64,000 bases of DNA from Eledone cirrhosa (Eukaryota). The notes below the pieces were generated by a model. The model was not told where the DNA came from, did not search any database, and saw only the letters and a list, made by a program, of their open reading frames with translations. The stretch lies in assembly GCA_964016885.1 (NCBI GenBank), contig CAXHJY010000646.1:1-64000 (forward strand), read 5' to 3'. Shown piece after piece: positions 1 to 14,341 of this stretch; position 1 is the stretch's first letter, and the number at the start of each line of letters is the position of its first letter. A program made the position numbers and the translations under genes.

Positions 1-3000
1 GGTGAGGTGTGAAGTAGTTAGTTCTATAGGTACTGGGGGTAGTGGTGAGGTGTGAAGTAGTTAGTTCTATAGGTACTGGGGGTAGTGGTGAGGTGTGAAG
101 TAGTTAGTTCTATAGGTACTGGGGGTAGTGGTGAGGTGTGAAGTAGTTAGTTCTATAGGTACTGGGGGTAGTGGTGAGGTGTGAAGTAGTTAGTTCTATA
201 GGTACTGGGGGGTAGTGGTGAGGTGTGAAGTAGTTAGTTCTATAGGAACTGGGGGGTAGTGGTGAGGTGTGAAGTAGTTCTATAGGTACTGGGGGTAGTG
301 GTGAGGTGTGAAGTAGTTCTATAGGTACTGGGGGGTAGTGGTGAGGTGTGAAGTAGTTAGTTCTATAGGAACTGGGGGTAGTGGTGAGGTGTGAAGTAGT
401 TCTATAGGTACTGGGGGGTAGTGGTGAGGTGTGAAGTAGTTAGTTCTATAGGTACTGGGGGGTAGTGGTGAGGTGTGAAGTAGTTAGTTCTATAGGTACT
501 GGGGGTAGTGGTGAGGTGTGAAGTAGTTAGTTCTATAGGTACTGGGGGTAGTGGTGAGGTGTGAAGTAGTTAGTTCTATAGGTACTGGGGGGGTAGTGGT
601 GAGGTGTGAAGTAGTTAGTTCTATAGGTACTGGGGGTAGTGGTGAGGTGTGAAGTAGTTAGTTCTATAGGTACTGGGGGGTAGTGGTGAGGTGTGAAGTA
701 GTTAGTTCTATAGGTACTGGGGGTAGTGGTGAGGTGTGAAGTAGTTAGTTCTATAGGTACTGGGGGTAGTGGTGAGGTGTGAAGTAGTTAGTTCTATAGG
801 TACTGGGGGGTAGTGGTGAGGTGTGAAGTAGTTAGTTCTATAGGTACTGGGGGTAGTGGTGAGGTGTGAAGTAGTTAGTTCTATAGCGTACTGGGGGTAG
901 TGGTGAGGTGTGAAGTAGTTCTATAGGTACTGGGGGGTAGTGGTGAGGTGTGAAGTAGTTAGTTCTATAGGTACTGGGGGGTAGTGGTGAGGTGTGAAGT
1001 AGTTAGTTCTATAGGTACTGGGGGGGGGGGTAGTGGTGAGGTGTGAAGTAGTTAGTTCTATAGGTACTGGGGGTAGTGGTGAGGTGTGAAGTAGTTCTAT
1101 AGGTACTGGGGGGTAGTGGTGAGGTGTGAAGTAGTTAGTTCTATAGGTACTGGGGGTAGTGGTGAGGTGTGAAGTAGTTCTATAGGTACTGGGGGGTAGT
1201 GGTGAGGTGTGAAGTAGTTAGTTCTATAGGTACTGGGGGTAGTGGTGAGGTGTGAAGTAGTTAGTTCTATAGGTACTGGGGGGTAGTGGTGAGGTGTGAA
1301 GTAGTTAGTTCTATAGGTACTGGGGGTAGTGGTGAGGTGTGAAGTAGTTAGTTCTATAGGAACTGGGGGGTAGTGGTGAGGTGTGAAGTAGTTAGTTCTA
1401 TAGGTACTGGGGGTAGTGGTGAGGTGTGAAGTAGTTAGTTCTATAGGTACTGGGGGTAGTGGTGAGGTGTGAAGTAGTTAGTTCTATAGGTACTGGGGGT
1501 AGTGGTGAGGTGTGAAGTAGTTAGTTCTATAGGTACTGGGGGGTAGTGGTGAGGTGTGAAGTAGTTAGTTCTATAGGTACTGGGGGTAGTGGTGAGGTGT
1601 GAAGTAGTTAGTTCTATAGGTACTGGGGGGTAGTGGTGAGGTGTGAAGTAGTTAGTTCTATAGGTACTGGGGGGTAGTGGTGAGGTGTGAAGTAGTTAGT
1701 TCTATAGGTACTGGGGGTAGTGGTGAGGTGTGAAGTAGTTAGTTCTATAGGTACTGGGGGGTAGTGGTGAGGTGTGAAGTAGTTCTATAGGTACTGGGGG
1801 TAGTGGTGAGGTGTGAAGTAGTTCTATAGGTACTGGGGGGTAGTGGTGAGGTGTGAAGTAGTTAGTTCTATAGGTACTGGGGGGTAGTGGTGAGGTGTGA
1901 AGTAGTAGTTCTATAGGTACTGGGGGTAGTGGTGAGGTGTGAAGTAGTTAGTTCTATAGGTACTGGGGGGGTAGTGGTGAGGTGTGAAGTAGTTAGTTCT
2001 ATAGGTACTGGGGGTAGTGGTGAGGTGTGAAGTAGTTAGTTCTATAGGTACTGGGGGTAGTGGTGAGGTGTGAAGTAGTTAGTTCTATAGGTACTGGGGG
2101 TAGTGGTGAGGTGTGAAGTAGTTAGTTCTATAGGTACTGGGGGTAGTGGTGAGGTGTGAAGTAGTTAGTTCTATAGGTACTGGGGGGTAGTGGTGAGGTG
2201 TGAAGTAGTTAGTTCTATAGGTACTGGGGGTAGTGGTGAGGTGTGAAGTAGTTAGTTCTATAGGTACTGGGGGTAGTGGTGAGGTGTGAAGTAGTTCTAT
2301 AGGTACTGGGGGGTAGTGGTGAGGTGTGAAGTAGTTAGTTCTATAGGTACTGGGGGTAGTGGTGAGGTGTGAAGTAGTTAGTTCTATAGGTACTGGGGGG
2401 TAGTGGTGAGGTGTGAAGTAGTTAGTTCTATAGGTACTGGGGTAGTGGTGAGGTGTGAAGTAGTTAGTTCTATAGGAACTGGGGGTAGTGGTGAGGTGTG
2501 AAGTAGTTCTATAGGTACTGGGGGGTAGTGGTGAGGTGTGAAGTAGTTAGTTCTATAGGTACTGGGGGTAGTGGTGAGGTGTGAAGTAGTTAGTTCTATA
2601 GGTACTGGGGTAGTGGTGAGGTGTGAAGTAGTTAGTTCTATAGGTACTGGGGGGTAGTGGTGAGGTGTGAAGTAGTTAGTTCTATAGGTACTGGGGGGTA
2701 GTGGTGAGGTGTGAAGTAGTTAGTTCTATAGGTACTGGGGGGTAGTGGTGAGGTGTGAAGTAGTTAGTTCTATAGGTACTGGGGGGTAGTGGTGAGGTGT
2801 GAAGTAGTTAGTTCTATAGGTACTGGGGGTAGTGGTGAGGTGTGAAGTAGTTAGTTCTATAGGTACTGGGGTAGTGGTGAGGTGTGAAGTAGTTAGTTCT
2901 ATAGGTACTGGGGGTAGTGGTGAGGTGTGAAGTAGTTAGTTCTATAGGTACTGGGGGTAGTGGTGAGGTGTGAAGTAGTTCTATAGGTACTGGGGGTAGT

Positions 3001-6000
3001 GGTGAGGTGTGAAGTAGTTAGTTCTATAGGTACTGGGGGGTAGTGGTGAGGTGTGAAGTAGTTAGTTCTATAGGTACTGGGGGGTAGTGGTGAGGTGTGA
3101 AGTAGTTAGTTCTATAGGTACTGGGGGTAGTGGTGAGGTGTGAAGTAGTTAGTTCTATAGGTACTGGGGGGTAGTGGTGAGGTGTGAAGTAGTTAGTTCT
3201 ATAGGTACTGGGGGGTAGTGGTGAGGTGTGAAGTAGTTAGTTCTATAGGTACTGGGGGTAGTGGTGAGGTGTGAAGTAGTTAGTTCTATAGGTACTGGGG
3301 GTAGTGGTGAGGTGTGAAGTAGTTAGTTCTATAGGTACTGGGGGTAGTGGTGAGGTGTGAAAGTAGTTAGTTCTATAGGTACTGGGGGTAGTGGTGAGGT
3401 GTGAAGTAGTTAGTTCTATAGGTACTGGGGGTAGTGGTGAGGTGTGAAGTAGTTAGTTCTATAGGTACTGGGGGGGTAGTGGTGAGGTGTGAAGTAGTTC
3501 TATAGGTACTGGGGGGTAGTGGTGATGTGTGAAGTAGTTAGTTCTATAGGTACTGGGGGTAGTGGTGAGGTGTGAAGTAGTTAGTTCTATAGGTACTGGG
3601 GGTAGTGGTGAGGTGTGAAGTAGTTCTATAGGTACTGGGGGGTAGTGGTGAGGTGTGAAGTAGTTAGTTCTATAGGTACTGGGGGTAGTGGTGAGGTGTG
3701 AAGTAGTTAGTTCTATAGGTACTGGGGGTAGTGGTGAGGTGTGAAGTAGTTAGTTCTATAGGTACTGGGGGTAGTGGTGAGGTGTGAAGTAGTTAGTTCT
3801 ATAGGAACTGGGGGGTAGTGGTGAGGTGTGAAGTAGTTAGTTCTATAGGAACTGGGGGGGTAGTGGTGAGGTGTGAAGTAGTTCTATAGGTACTGGGGGT
3901 AGTGGTGAGGTGTGAAGTAGTTCTATAGGTACTGGGGGGTAGTGGTGAGGTGTGAAGTAGTTAGTTCTATAGGAACTGGGGGGTAGTGGTGAGGTGTGAA
4001 GTAGTTCTATAGGTACTGGGGGTAGTGGTGAGGTGTGAAGTAGTTAGTTCTATAGGTACTGGGGGGTAGTGGTGAGGTGTGAAGTAGTTAGTTCTATAGG
4101 TACTGGGGGTAGTGGTGAGGTGTGAAGTAGTTAGTTCTATAGGTACTGGGGTAGTGGTGAGGTGTGAAGTAGTTAGTTCTATAGGTACTGGGGGGTAGTG
4201 GTGAGGTGTGAAGTAGTTAGTTCTATAGGTACTGGGGGTAGTGGTGAGGTGTGAAGTAGTTAGTTCTATAGGTACTGGGGGGTAGTGGTGAGGTGTGAAG
4301 TAGTTAGTTCTATAGGTACTGGGGGTAGTGGTGAGGTGTGAAGTAGTTCTATAGGTACTGGGGGTAGTGGTGAGGTGTGAAGTAGTTAGTTCTATAGGTA
4401 CTGGGGGTAGTGGTGAGGTGTGAAGTAGTTAGTTCTATAGGTACTGGGGGTAGTGGTGAGGTGTGAAGTAGTTAGTTCTATAGCGTACTGGGGGTAGTGG
4501 TGAGGTGTGAAGTAGTTCTATAGGTACTGGGGGGTAGTGGTGAGGTGTGAAGTAGTTAGTTCTATAGGTACTGGGGGGTAGTGGTGAGGTGTGAAGTAGT
4601 TAGTTCTATAGGTACTGGGGGGGGGGGGTAGTTGGTGAGGTGTGAAGTAGTTAGTTCTATAGGTACTGGGGGGTAGTGGTGAGGTGTGAAGTAGTTCTAT
4701 AGGTACTGGGGGGTAGTGGTGAGGTGTGAAGTAGTTAGTTCTATAGGTACTGGGGGTAGTGGTGAGGTGTGAAGTAGTTCTATAGGTACTGGGGGTAGTG
4801 GTGAGGTGTGAAGTAGTTAGTTCTATAGGTACTGGGGGTAGTGGTGAGGTGTGAAGTAGTTAGTTCTATAGGTACTGGGGGGTAGTGGTGAGGTGTGAAG
4901 TAGTTAGTTCTATAGGTACTGGGGGTAGTGGTGAGGTGTGAAGTAGTTAGTTCTATAGGAACTGGGGGTAGTGGTGAGGTGTGAAGTAGTTAGTTCTATA
5001 GGTACTGGGGGTAGTGGTGAGGTGTGAAGTAGTTAGTTCTATAGGTACTGGGGGTAGTGGTGAGGTGTGAAGTAGTTAGTTCTATAGGTACTGGGGGGTA
5101 GTGGTGAGGTGTGAAGTAGTTAGTTCTATAGGTACTGGGGGGGTAGTGGTGAGGTGTGAAGTAGTTAGTTCTATAGGAACTGGGGGTAGTGGTGAGGTGT
5201 GAAGTAGTTAGTTCTATAGGTACTGGGGGTAGTGGTGAGGTGTGAAGTAGTTAGTTCTATAGGTACTGGGGGGTAGTGGTGAGGTGTGAAGTAGTTAGTT
5301 CTATAGGTACTGGGGGTAGTGGTGAGGTGTGAAGTAGTTAGTTCTATAGGAACTGGGGGGTAGTGGTGAGGTGTGAAGTAGTTCTATAGGTACTGGGGGT
5401 AGTGGTGAGGTGTGAAGTAGTTCTATAGGTACTGGGGGGTAGTGGTGAGGTGTGAAGTAGTTAGTTCTATAGGTACTGGGGGTAGTGGTGAGGTGTGAAG
5501 TAGTTCTATAGGTACTGGGGGTAGTGGTGAGGTGTGAAGTAGTTAGTTCTATAGGTACTGGGGGTAGTGGTGAGGTGTGAAGTAGTTAGTTCTATAGGTA
5601 CTGGGGGGTAGTGGTGAGGTGTGAAGTAGTTAGTTCTATAGGTACTGGGGGTAGTGGTGAGGTGTGAAGTAGTTAGTTCTATAGGTACTGGGGGTAGTGG
5701 TGAGGTGTGAAGTAGTTAGTTCTATAGGTACTGGGGGTAGTGGTGAGGTGTGAAGTAGTTAGTTCTATAGGTACTGGGGGGTAGTGGTGAGGTGTGAAGT
5801 AGTTAGTTCTATAGGTACTGGGGGTAGTGGTGAGGTGTGAAGTAGTTCTATAGGTACTGGGGGGTAGTGGTGAGGTGTGAAGTAGTTAGTTCTATAGGTA
5901 CTGGGGGGTAGTGGTGAGGTGTGAAGTAGTTAGTTCTATAGGTACTGGGGGGTAGTGGTGAGGTGTGAAGTAGTTAGTTCTATACGGTACTGGGGGTAGT

Positions 6001-9000
6001 GGTGAGGTGTGAAGTAGTTCTATAGGTACTGGGGGTAGTGGTGAGGTGTGAAGTAGTTAGTTCTATAGGTACTGGGGGTAGTGGTGAGGTGTGAAGTAGT
6101 TAGTTCTATAGGTACTGGGGGGGGGGTAGTGGTGAGGTGTGAAGTAGTTAGTTCTATAGGTACTGGGGGTAGTGGTGAGGTGTGAAGTAGTTAGTTCTAT
6201 AGGTACTGGGGGGTAGTGGTGAGGTGTGAAGTAGTTAGTTCTATAGGTACTGGGGGTAGTGGTGAGGTGTGAAGTAGTTCTATAGGTACTGGGGGTAGTG
6301 GTGAGGTGTGAAGTAGTTAGTTCTATAGGTACTGGGGGGTAGTGGTGAGGTGTGAAGTAGTTAGTTCTATAGGTACTGGGGGGTAGTGGTGAGGTGTGAA
6401 GTAGTTAGTTCTATAGGTACTGGGGGGTAGTGGTGAGGTGTGAAGTAGTTAGTTCTATAGGTACTGGGGGTAGTGGTGAGGTGTGAAGTAGTTAGTTCTA
6501 TAGGTACTGGGGGTAGTGGTGAGGTGTGAAGTAGTTAGTTCTATAGGTACTGGGGGTAGTGGTGAGGTGTGAAGTAGTTAGTTCTATAGGTACTGGGGGT
6601 AGTGGTGAGGTGTGAAGTAGTTAGTTCTATAGGTACTGGGGGTAGTGGTGAGGTGTGAAGTAGTTAGTTCTATAGGTACTGGGGGTAGTGGTGAGGTGTG
6701 AAGTAGTTAGTTCTATAGGTACTGGGGGTAGTGGTGAGGTGTGAAGTAGTTAGTTCTATAGGTACTGGGGGTAGTGGTGAGGTGTGAAGTAGTTAGTTCT
6801 ATAGGTACTGGGGGTAGTGGTGAGGTGTGAAGTAGTTAGTTCTATAGGTACTGGGGGTAGTGGTGAGGTGTGAAGTAGTTCTATAGGTACTGGGGGTAGT
6901 GGTGAGGTGTGAAGTAGTTCTATAGGTACTGGGGGTAGTGGTGAGGTGTGAAGTAGTTAGTTCTATAGGTACTGGGGGTAGTGGTGAGGTGTGAAGTAGT
7001 TGTCTATAGGTACTGGGGGTAGTGGTGAGGTGTGAAGTAGTTAGTTCTATAGGTACTGGGGGGTAGTGGTGAGGTGTGAAGTAGTTAGTTCTATAGGTAC
7101 TGGGGGTAGTGGTGAGGTGTGAAGTAGTTAGTTCTATAGGTACTGGGGGTAGTGGTGAGGTGTGAAGTAGTTAGTTCTATAGGTACTGGGGGGTAGTGGT
7201 GAGGTGTGAAGTAGTTAGTTCTATAGGTACTGGGGGTAGTGGTGAGGTGTGAAGTAGTTAGTTCTATAGGTACTGGGGGGTAGTGGTGAGGTGTGAAGTA
7301 GTTAGTTCTATAGGTACTGGGGGTAGTGGTGAGGTGTGAAGTAGTTCTATAGGTACTGGGGGTAGTGGTGAGGTGTGAAGTAGTTCTATAGGTACTGGGG
7401 GGTAGTGGTGAGGTGTGAAGTAGTTAGTTCTATAGGTACTGGGGGTAGTGGTGAGGTGTGAAGTAGTTAGTTCTATAGGTACTGGGGGGTAGTGGTGAGG
7501 TGTGAAGTAGTTAGTTCTATAGGTACTGGGGTAGTGGTGAGGTGTGAAGTAGTTAGTTCTATAGGTACTGGGGGTAGTGGTGAGGTGTGAAGTAGTTCTA
7601 TAGGTACTGGGGGGTAGTGGTGAGGTGTGAAGTAGTTAGTTCTATAGGTACTGGGGGTAGTGGTGAGGTGTGAAGTAGTTAGTTCTATAGGTACTGGGGG
7701 TAGTGGTGAGGTGTGAAGTAGTTAGTTCTATAGGTACTGGGGGGTAGTGGTGAGGTGTGAAGTAGTTAGTTCTATAGGTACTGGGGGTAGTGGTGAGGTG
7801 TGAAGTAGTTAGTTCTATAGGTACTGGGGGGTAGTGGTGAGGTGTGAAGTAGTTAGTTCTATAGGTACTGGGGGTAGTGGTGAGGTGTGAAGTAGTTAGT
7901 TCTATAGGTACTGGGGGTAGTGGTGAGGTGTGAAGTAGTTAGTTCTATAGGTACTGGGGTAGTGGTGAGGTGTGAAGTAGTTAGTTCTATAGGTACTGGG
8001 GTAGTGGTGAGGTGTGAAGTAGTTAGTTCTATAGGTACTGGGGGTAGTGGTGAGGTGTGAAGTAGTTCTATAGGTACTGGGGGTAGTGGTGAGGTGTGAA
8101 GTAGTTAGTTCTATAGGTACTGGGGGGTAGTGGTGAGGTGTGAAGTAGTTAGTTCTATAGGTACTGGGGGTAGTGGTGAGGTGTGAAGTAGTTAGTTCTA
8201 TAGGTACTGGGGGTAGTGGTGAGGTGTGAAGTAGTTAGTTCTATAGGTACTGGGGGGTAGTGGTGAGGTGTGAAGTAGTTAGTTCTATAGGTACTGGGGG
8301 GTAGTGGTGAGGTGTGAAGTAGTTAGTTCTATAGGTACTGGGGTAGTGGTGAGGTGTGAAGTAGTTAGTTCTATAGGTACTGGGGTAGTGGTGAGGTGTG
8401 AAGTAGTTAGTTCTATAGGTACTGGGGTAGTGGTGAGGTGTAAAGTAGTTAGTTCTATAGGTACTGGGGGTAGTGGTGAGGTGTGAAGTAGTTAGTTCTA
8501 TAGGTACTGGGGGTAGTGGTGAGGTGTGAAGTAGTTAGTTCTATAGGTACTGGGGGGTAGTGGTGAGGTGTGAAGTAGTTCTATAGGTACTGGGGGGTAG
8601 TGGTGATGTGTGAAGTAGTTAGTTCTATAGGTACTGGGGGTAGTGGTGAGGTGTGAAGTAGTTAGTTCTATAGGTACTGGGGTAGTGGTGAGGTGTGAAG
8701 TAGTTCTATAGGTACTGGGGGGTAGTGGTGAGGTGTGAAGTAGTTAGTTCTATAGGTACTGGGGTAGTGGTGAGGTGTGAAGTAGTTAGTTCTATAGGTA
8801 CTGGGGTAGTGGTGAGGTGTGAAGTAGTTAGTTCTATAGGTACTGGGGTAGTGGTGAGGTGTAAAGTAGTTAGTTCTATAGGTACTGGGGGTAGTGGTGA
8901 GGTGTGAAGTAGTTAGTTCTATAGGTACTGGGGGGTAGTGGTGAGGTGTGAAGTAGTTAGTTCTATAGGTACTGGGGTAGTGGTGAGGTGTGAAGTAGTT

Positions 9001-10808
9001 AGTTCTATAGGTACTGGGGGGTAGTGGTGAGGTGTGAAGTAGTTCTATAGGTACTGGGGGTAGTGGTGAGGTGTGAAGTAGTTAGTTCTATAGGTACTGG
9101 GGGGTAGTGATGAGGTGTGAAGTAGTTAGTTCTATAGGTACTGGGGGTAGTGGTGAGGTGTGAAGTAGTTAGTTCTATAGGTACTGGGGGGTAGTGGTGA
9201 GGTGTGAAGTAGTTAGTTCTATAGGTACTAGGGGTAGTGGTGAGGTGTGAAGTAGTTAGTTCTATAGGTACTGCGGGGGTAGTGGTGAGGTGTGAAGTAG
9301 TTAGTTCTATAGGTACTGGGGGTAGTGGTGAGGTGTGAAGTAGTTAGTTCTATAGGTACTGGAGGGTAGTGGTGAGGTGTGAAGTAGTTAGTTCTATAGG
9401 TACTGGGGGTAGTGGTGAGGTGTGAAGTAGTTAGTTCTATAGGTACTGGGGGTAGTGGTGAGGTGTGAAGTAGTTAGTTCTATAGGTACTGGGGGTAGTG
9501 GTGAGGTGTGAAGTAGTTAGTTCTATAGGTACTGGGGGGTAGTGGTGAGGTGTGAAGTAGTTCTATAGGTACTGGGGGTAGTGGTGAGGTGTGAAGTAGT
9601 TAGTTCTATAGGTACTGGGGGTAGTGGTGAGGTGTGAAGTAGTTAGTTCTATAGGTACTGGGGGTAGTGGTGAGGTGTGAAGTAGTTAGTTCTATAGGTA
9701 CTGGGGGTAGTGGTGAGGTGTGAAGTAGTTAGTTCTATAGGTACTGGGGGGTAGTGGTGAGGTGTAAAGTAGTTAGTTCTATAGGTACTGGGGGTAGTGG
9801 TGAGGTGTGAAGTAGTTAGTTCTATAGGTACTGGGGTAGTGGTGAGGTGTGAAGTAGTTAGTTCTATAAGTACTGGGGGGTAGTGGTGAGGTGTGAAGTA
9901 GTTAGTTCTATAGGTACTGGGGGGTAGTGGTGAGGTGTGAAGTAGTTCTATAGGTACTGGGGGTAGTGGTGAGGAGTGAAGTAGTTAGTTCTATAGGTAC
10001 TGGGGGTAGTGGTGAGGTGTGAAGTAGTTAGTTCTATAGGTACTGGGGGGTAGTGGTCAGGTGTGAAGTAGTTCTATAGGTACTGGGGGTAGTGGTGAGG
10101 TGTGAAGTAGTTCTATAGGTACTGGTGGTAGTGGTGATGTGTGAAGTAGTTAGTTCTATAGGTACTGGGGGTAGTGGTGAGGTGTGAAGTAGTTAGTTCT
10201 ATAGGTACTGGGGGTAGTGGTGAGGTGTGAAGTAGTTAGTTCTATAGGTACTGGGGGTAGTGGTGAGGTGTGAAGTAGTTCTATAGGTACTGGGGGTAGT
10301 GGTCAGGTGTGAAGTAGTTAGTTCTATAGGTACTGGGGGGTAGTGGTGAGGTGTGAAGTAGTTCTATAGGTACTGGGGGTAGTGGTGAGGTGTGAAGTAG
10401 TTAGTTCTATAGGAACTGGGGGTAGTGGTGAGGTGTGAAGTAGTTCTATAGGTACTGGGGGGTAGTGGTGAGGTGTGAAGTAGTTAGTTCTATAGGTACT
10501 GGGGTAGTGGTGAGGTGTGAAGTAGTTCTATAGGTACTGGGGGGTAGTGGTGAGGTGTGAAGTAGTTAGTTCTATAGGTACTGGGGGGTAGTGGTGAGGT
10601 GTGAAGTAGTTAGTTCTATAGGTACTAGGGGTAGTGGTGAGGTGTGAAGTAGTTAGTTCTATAGGTACTGCGGGGGTAGTGGTGAGGTGTGAAGTAGTTA
10701 GTTCTATAGGTACTGGGGGTAGTGGTAAGGTGTGAAGTAGTTCTATAGGTACTGGGGGTAGTGGTGAGGTGTGAAGTAGTTCTATAGGTACTGGTGGTAG
10801 TGGTGATG
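1..10808. repeat. G-rich tandem satellite, ~43-bp unit (GGTGAGGTGTGAAGTAGTTAGTTCTATAGGTACTGGGGGTAGT), ~250 copies, runs off the left edge
   Basis: Direct tandem periodicity. Variants have G-run length 4-7 (a few of 10 or more) and a 39-bp form lacking TTAG. Confidence 0.98.
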
Positions 10809-11261
10809 ATGTTGGTATTCAAAAAAAAAAGAAAGGTATTTAATTAGTCATGTGATGAAGGTGTGTGTTGTGGGAGATAGTTCCAACACTCCCTCAGGCA
10901 CCCCACCACCACCACCAGCACCACCACCATAATGTCTATCTGTCTGTCAACCAACTGCTGTCAAGAAAAAGAAATTCAAAACACATCTATAAGGTCTTTA
11001 GGTTACATTTTTGGTTCTCTTGTTTTGTTTTGTGCAGTGAGGGGTTTTTGCTGAGTTTGTTGAGAACAGTTGCTACCTCTCACTCTCACTGTCACAGTTC
11101 CCCCCCCCCCCCCCGCGGAGGTTAACCCTTTAGTGTCCAAACCAGCCAAAACCGGCCAGAATTCTCTACCTCTTTCTGTTGAAACTGGTTGTAACTGGTC
11201 ACTCAAACTGAAGTGAAGGTATTGTTCACAAAATAAATACTTTCAAAATCTCATAGATTGG

Positions 11262-14200
11262 ATATTATGTGAGATATTGTGTGAGGTAAAGCCTTTACCG
11301 TGAAAATATAATAGTATAAATACAGTATGTGATATATTATGTGAGATATTATGCGAGGTAAAGACTTTACCATGGAAATATAATAGTATATATAGAGTAT
11401 GTGAGATATTATGCGAGGTAAAGACTTTACCATGAAAATATAATAGTATATATAGAGTATGTGAGATATTATGTGAGGTAAAGCCTTTACCATGAAAATA
11501 TAATAGTATATATAGAGTATGTGAGGTAAAGACTTTACCAGGAAAATATAATAGTATATATAGAGTATGTGAGATATTATGTGAGGTAAAGACTTTACCA
11601 GGAAAATATAATAGTATATATAGAGTATGTGAGATATTATGTGAGGTAAAGCCTTTACCATGAAAATATAATAGTATATATAGAGTATGTGAGATATTAT
11701 GTGAGGTAAAGACTTTACCAGGAAAATATAATAGTATATATAGAGTATGTGAGATAATTACGCGAGGTAAAGACTTTACCATGAAAATATAATAGTATAT
11801 ATAGAGTATGTGAGATATTATGTGAGGTAAAGACTTTACCAGGAAAATATAATAGTATATATAGAGTATGTGAGATAATTACGCGAGGTAAAGCCTTTAC
11901 CATGAAAATATAATAGTATATATAGAGTAATGTGAGATATTTATGCGAAGTAAAGCCTTTACCATGAAAATATAATTGTTTCTACTTTAGGCACAAGGCC
12001 AGCAATTAACCATTGCATTACTGGTACTTTATTTTATCGACCCCGTAAGGATGAAAGGCAAAGTAAACCTCGGCGGGATTTGAACTCAGACCGTAAAGGG
12101 ACATAACTGTGCTGCAAAGCATGGCGTCCGACCCTCTACCGATACTGCCAATCCACCGTGAAATATAATAGTATATATAGAGTATGTGAGGTAAAGACTT
12201 TATCATGAAAATATCATAGTATATATAGAGTATGTGAGATATTATGTGAGGTAAAGACTTTACCATGAAAATATAATAATATATATAGAGTATGTGAGAT
12301 AATATGTGAGGTAAAGCCTTTACCATGAAAATATAATAGTATATATAGTGTATGTGAGGTAAAGACTTTACCATGAAAATATAATAGTATATATAGTGTA
12401 TGTGAGATATTATGTGAGGTAAAGACTCTACCATGAAAATATAATAGTATATATAGAGTAAGTGAGATATTATGTGAGGTAAAGACTTTACCAGGAAAAT
12501 ATAATAGTATATATAGAGTATGTGAGATATTATGTGAGGTAAAGACTTTACCATGAAAATATAATAGTATATATAGAGTATGTGAGATAATTATGCGAGG
12601 TAAAGCCTTTACCATGAAAATATAATAGTATATATAGAGTATGTGAGATAATTATGCGAGGTAAAGCCTTTACCATGAAAATATAATAGTATATATAGAG
12701 TGAGTGAGATTTATGTGAGGTAAAGACTTTACCATGAAAATATAATAGTATATATAGAGTATGTGAGATATTATGTGAGGTAAAGACTTTACCAGGAAAA
12801 TATAATAGTATATATAGAGTGTGTAAGATATTATGTGAGGTAAAGCCTTTACCAGGAAAATATAATAGTATATATAGAGTATGTGAGATATTATGTGAGG
12901 TAAAGACTTTACCATGAAAATATAATAGTATATATAGAGTATGTGAGATATTATGAGAGGTAAAGACTTTACCATGAAAATATAATAGTATATATAGAGT
13001 ATGTGAGATATTATGAGAGGTAAAGACTTTACCATGAAAATATAATAGTATATATAGATTATGTGAGATATTATGCGAGGTAAAGCCTTTACCATGAAAA
13101 TATAATAGTATATATAGAGTATGTGAGATATTATGTGAGGTAAAGACTTTACCATGAAAATATAATAGTATATATAGAGTATGTGAGATATTATGTGAGG
13201 TAAAGCCTTTACCATGAAAATATAATAGTATATATAGAGTATGTAAGATATTATGTGAGGTAAAGACTTTACCATGAAAATATAATAGTATATATAGAGT
13301 ATGTGAGATATTATGTGAGGTAAAGACTTTACCATGAAAATATAATAGTATATATAGAGTATGTGAGATATTATGCGAGGTAAAGCCTTTACCATGAAAA
13401 TATAATAGTATATATAGAGTATGTGAGATATTATGTGAGGTAAAGACTTTACCATGAAAATATAATAGTATATATAGAGTATGTGAGATATTATGTGAGG
13501 TAACGACTTTACCAGGAAAATATAATAGTATATATAGAGTATGTGAGATATTATGTGAGGTAAAGACTTTACCATGAAAATATAATAGTATATATAGAGT
13601 ATGTGAGATATTATGTGAGGTAAAGACTTTACCATGAAAATATAATAGTATATATAGAGTATGTGAGATATTATGCGAGGTAAAGCCTTTACCATGAAAA
13701 TATAATAGTATATATAGAGTATGTGAGATATTATGCGAGGTAAAGACTTTACCATGAAAATATAATAGTATATATAGAGTATGTGAGATATTATGCGAGG
13801 TAAAGACTTTACCATGAAAATATAATAGTATATATAGAGTATGTGAGATATTATGTGAGGTAAAGACTTTACCATGAAAATATAATAGTATATATAGAGT
13901 ATGTGAGATATTATGTGAGGTAACGACTTTACCAGGAAAATATAATAGTATATATAGAGTATGTGAGATATTATGTGAGGTAAAGACTTTACCATGAAAA
14001 TATAATAGTATATATAGAGTATGTGAGATATTATGTGAGGTAAAGACTTTACCATGAAAATATAATAGTATATATAGAGTATGTGAGATATTATGCGAGG
14101 TAAAGCCTTTACCATGAAAATATAATAGTATATATAGAGTATGTGAGATATTATGCGAGGTAAAGACTTTACCATGAAAATATAATAGTATATATAGAGT

Positions 14201-14322
14201 ATGTGAGATAATTATGCGAGGTAAAGCCTTTACCATGAAAATATAATAGTATATATATAGAGTATGTGAGATATTATGTGAGGTAAAGACTTTACCATGA
14301 AAATATAATAGTATATATAGTG
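11262..14322. repeat. AT-rich tandem satellite, 60-bp unit with internal hairpin GGTAAAG-a-CTTTACC, ~48 copies
   Basis: Exact 60-bp periodicity in 12720-14200, more irregular leftwards; interrupted by a SINE at 11974-12158. Confidence 0.97.
11974..12158 (-). mobile_element. tRNA-derived SINE, family A, inserted in the 60-bp satellite
   Basis: Reverse complement of the 25377-25567 copy; AAATATAAT present at both junctions. Confidence 0.9.
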
Positions 14323-14341
14323 TAATGTGAATGTTAAAGGG

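Larger units (their letters stand above)
11126..14341. mobile_element. Non-autonomous piggyBac-like MITE with TTAA target duplication, internally expanded by a satellite
   Basis: Left end TTAA|CCCTTTAGTGTCC (11122-); right end GAATGTTAAAGGG|TTAA (-14345). The flanks rejoin to the SINE sequence GAGG-TTAA-CTTTGC. Confidence 0.7.

Noticed and set aside
11243-14236. Long minus-strand ORFs up to 562 aa
   Set aside because: They result from a stop-free 60-bp satellite unit.
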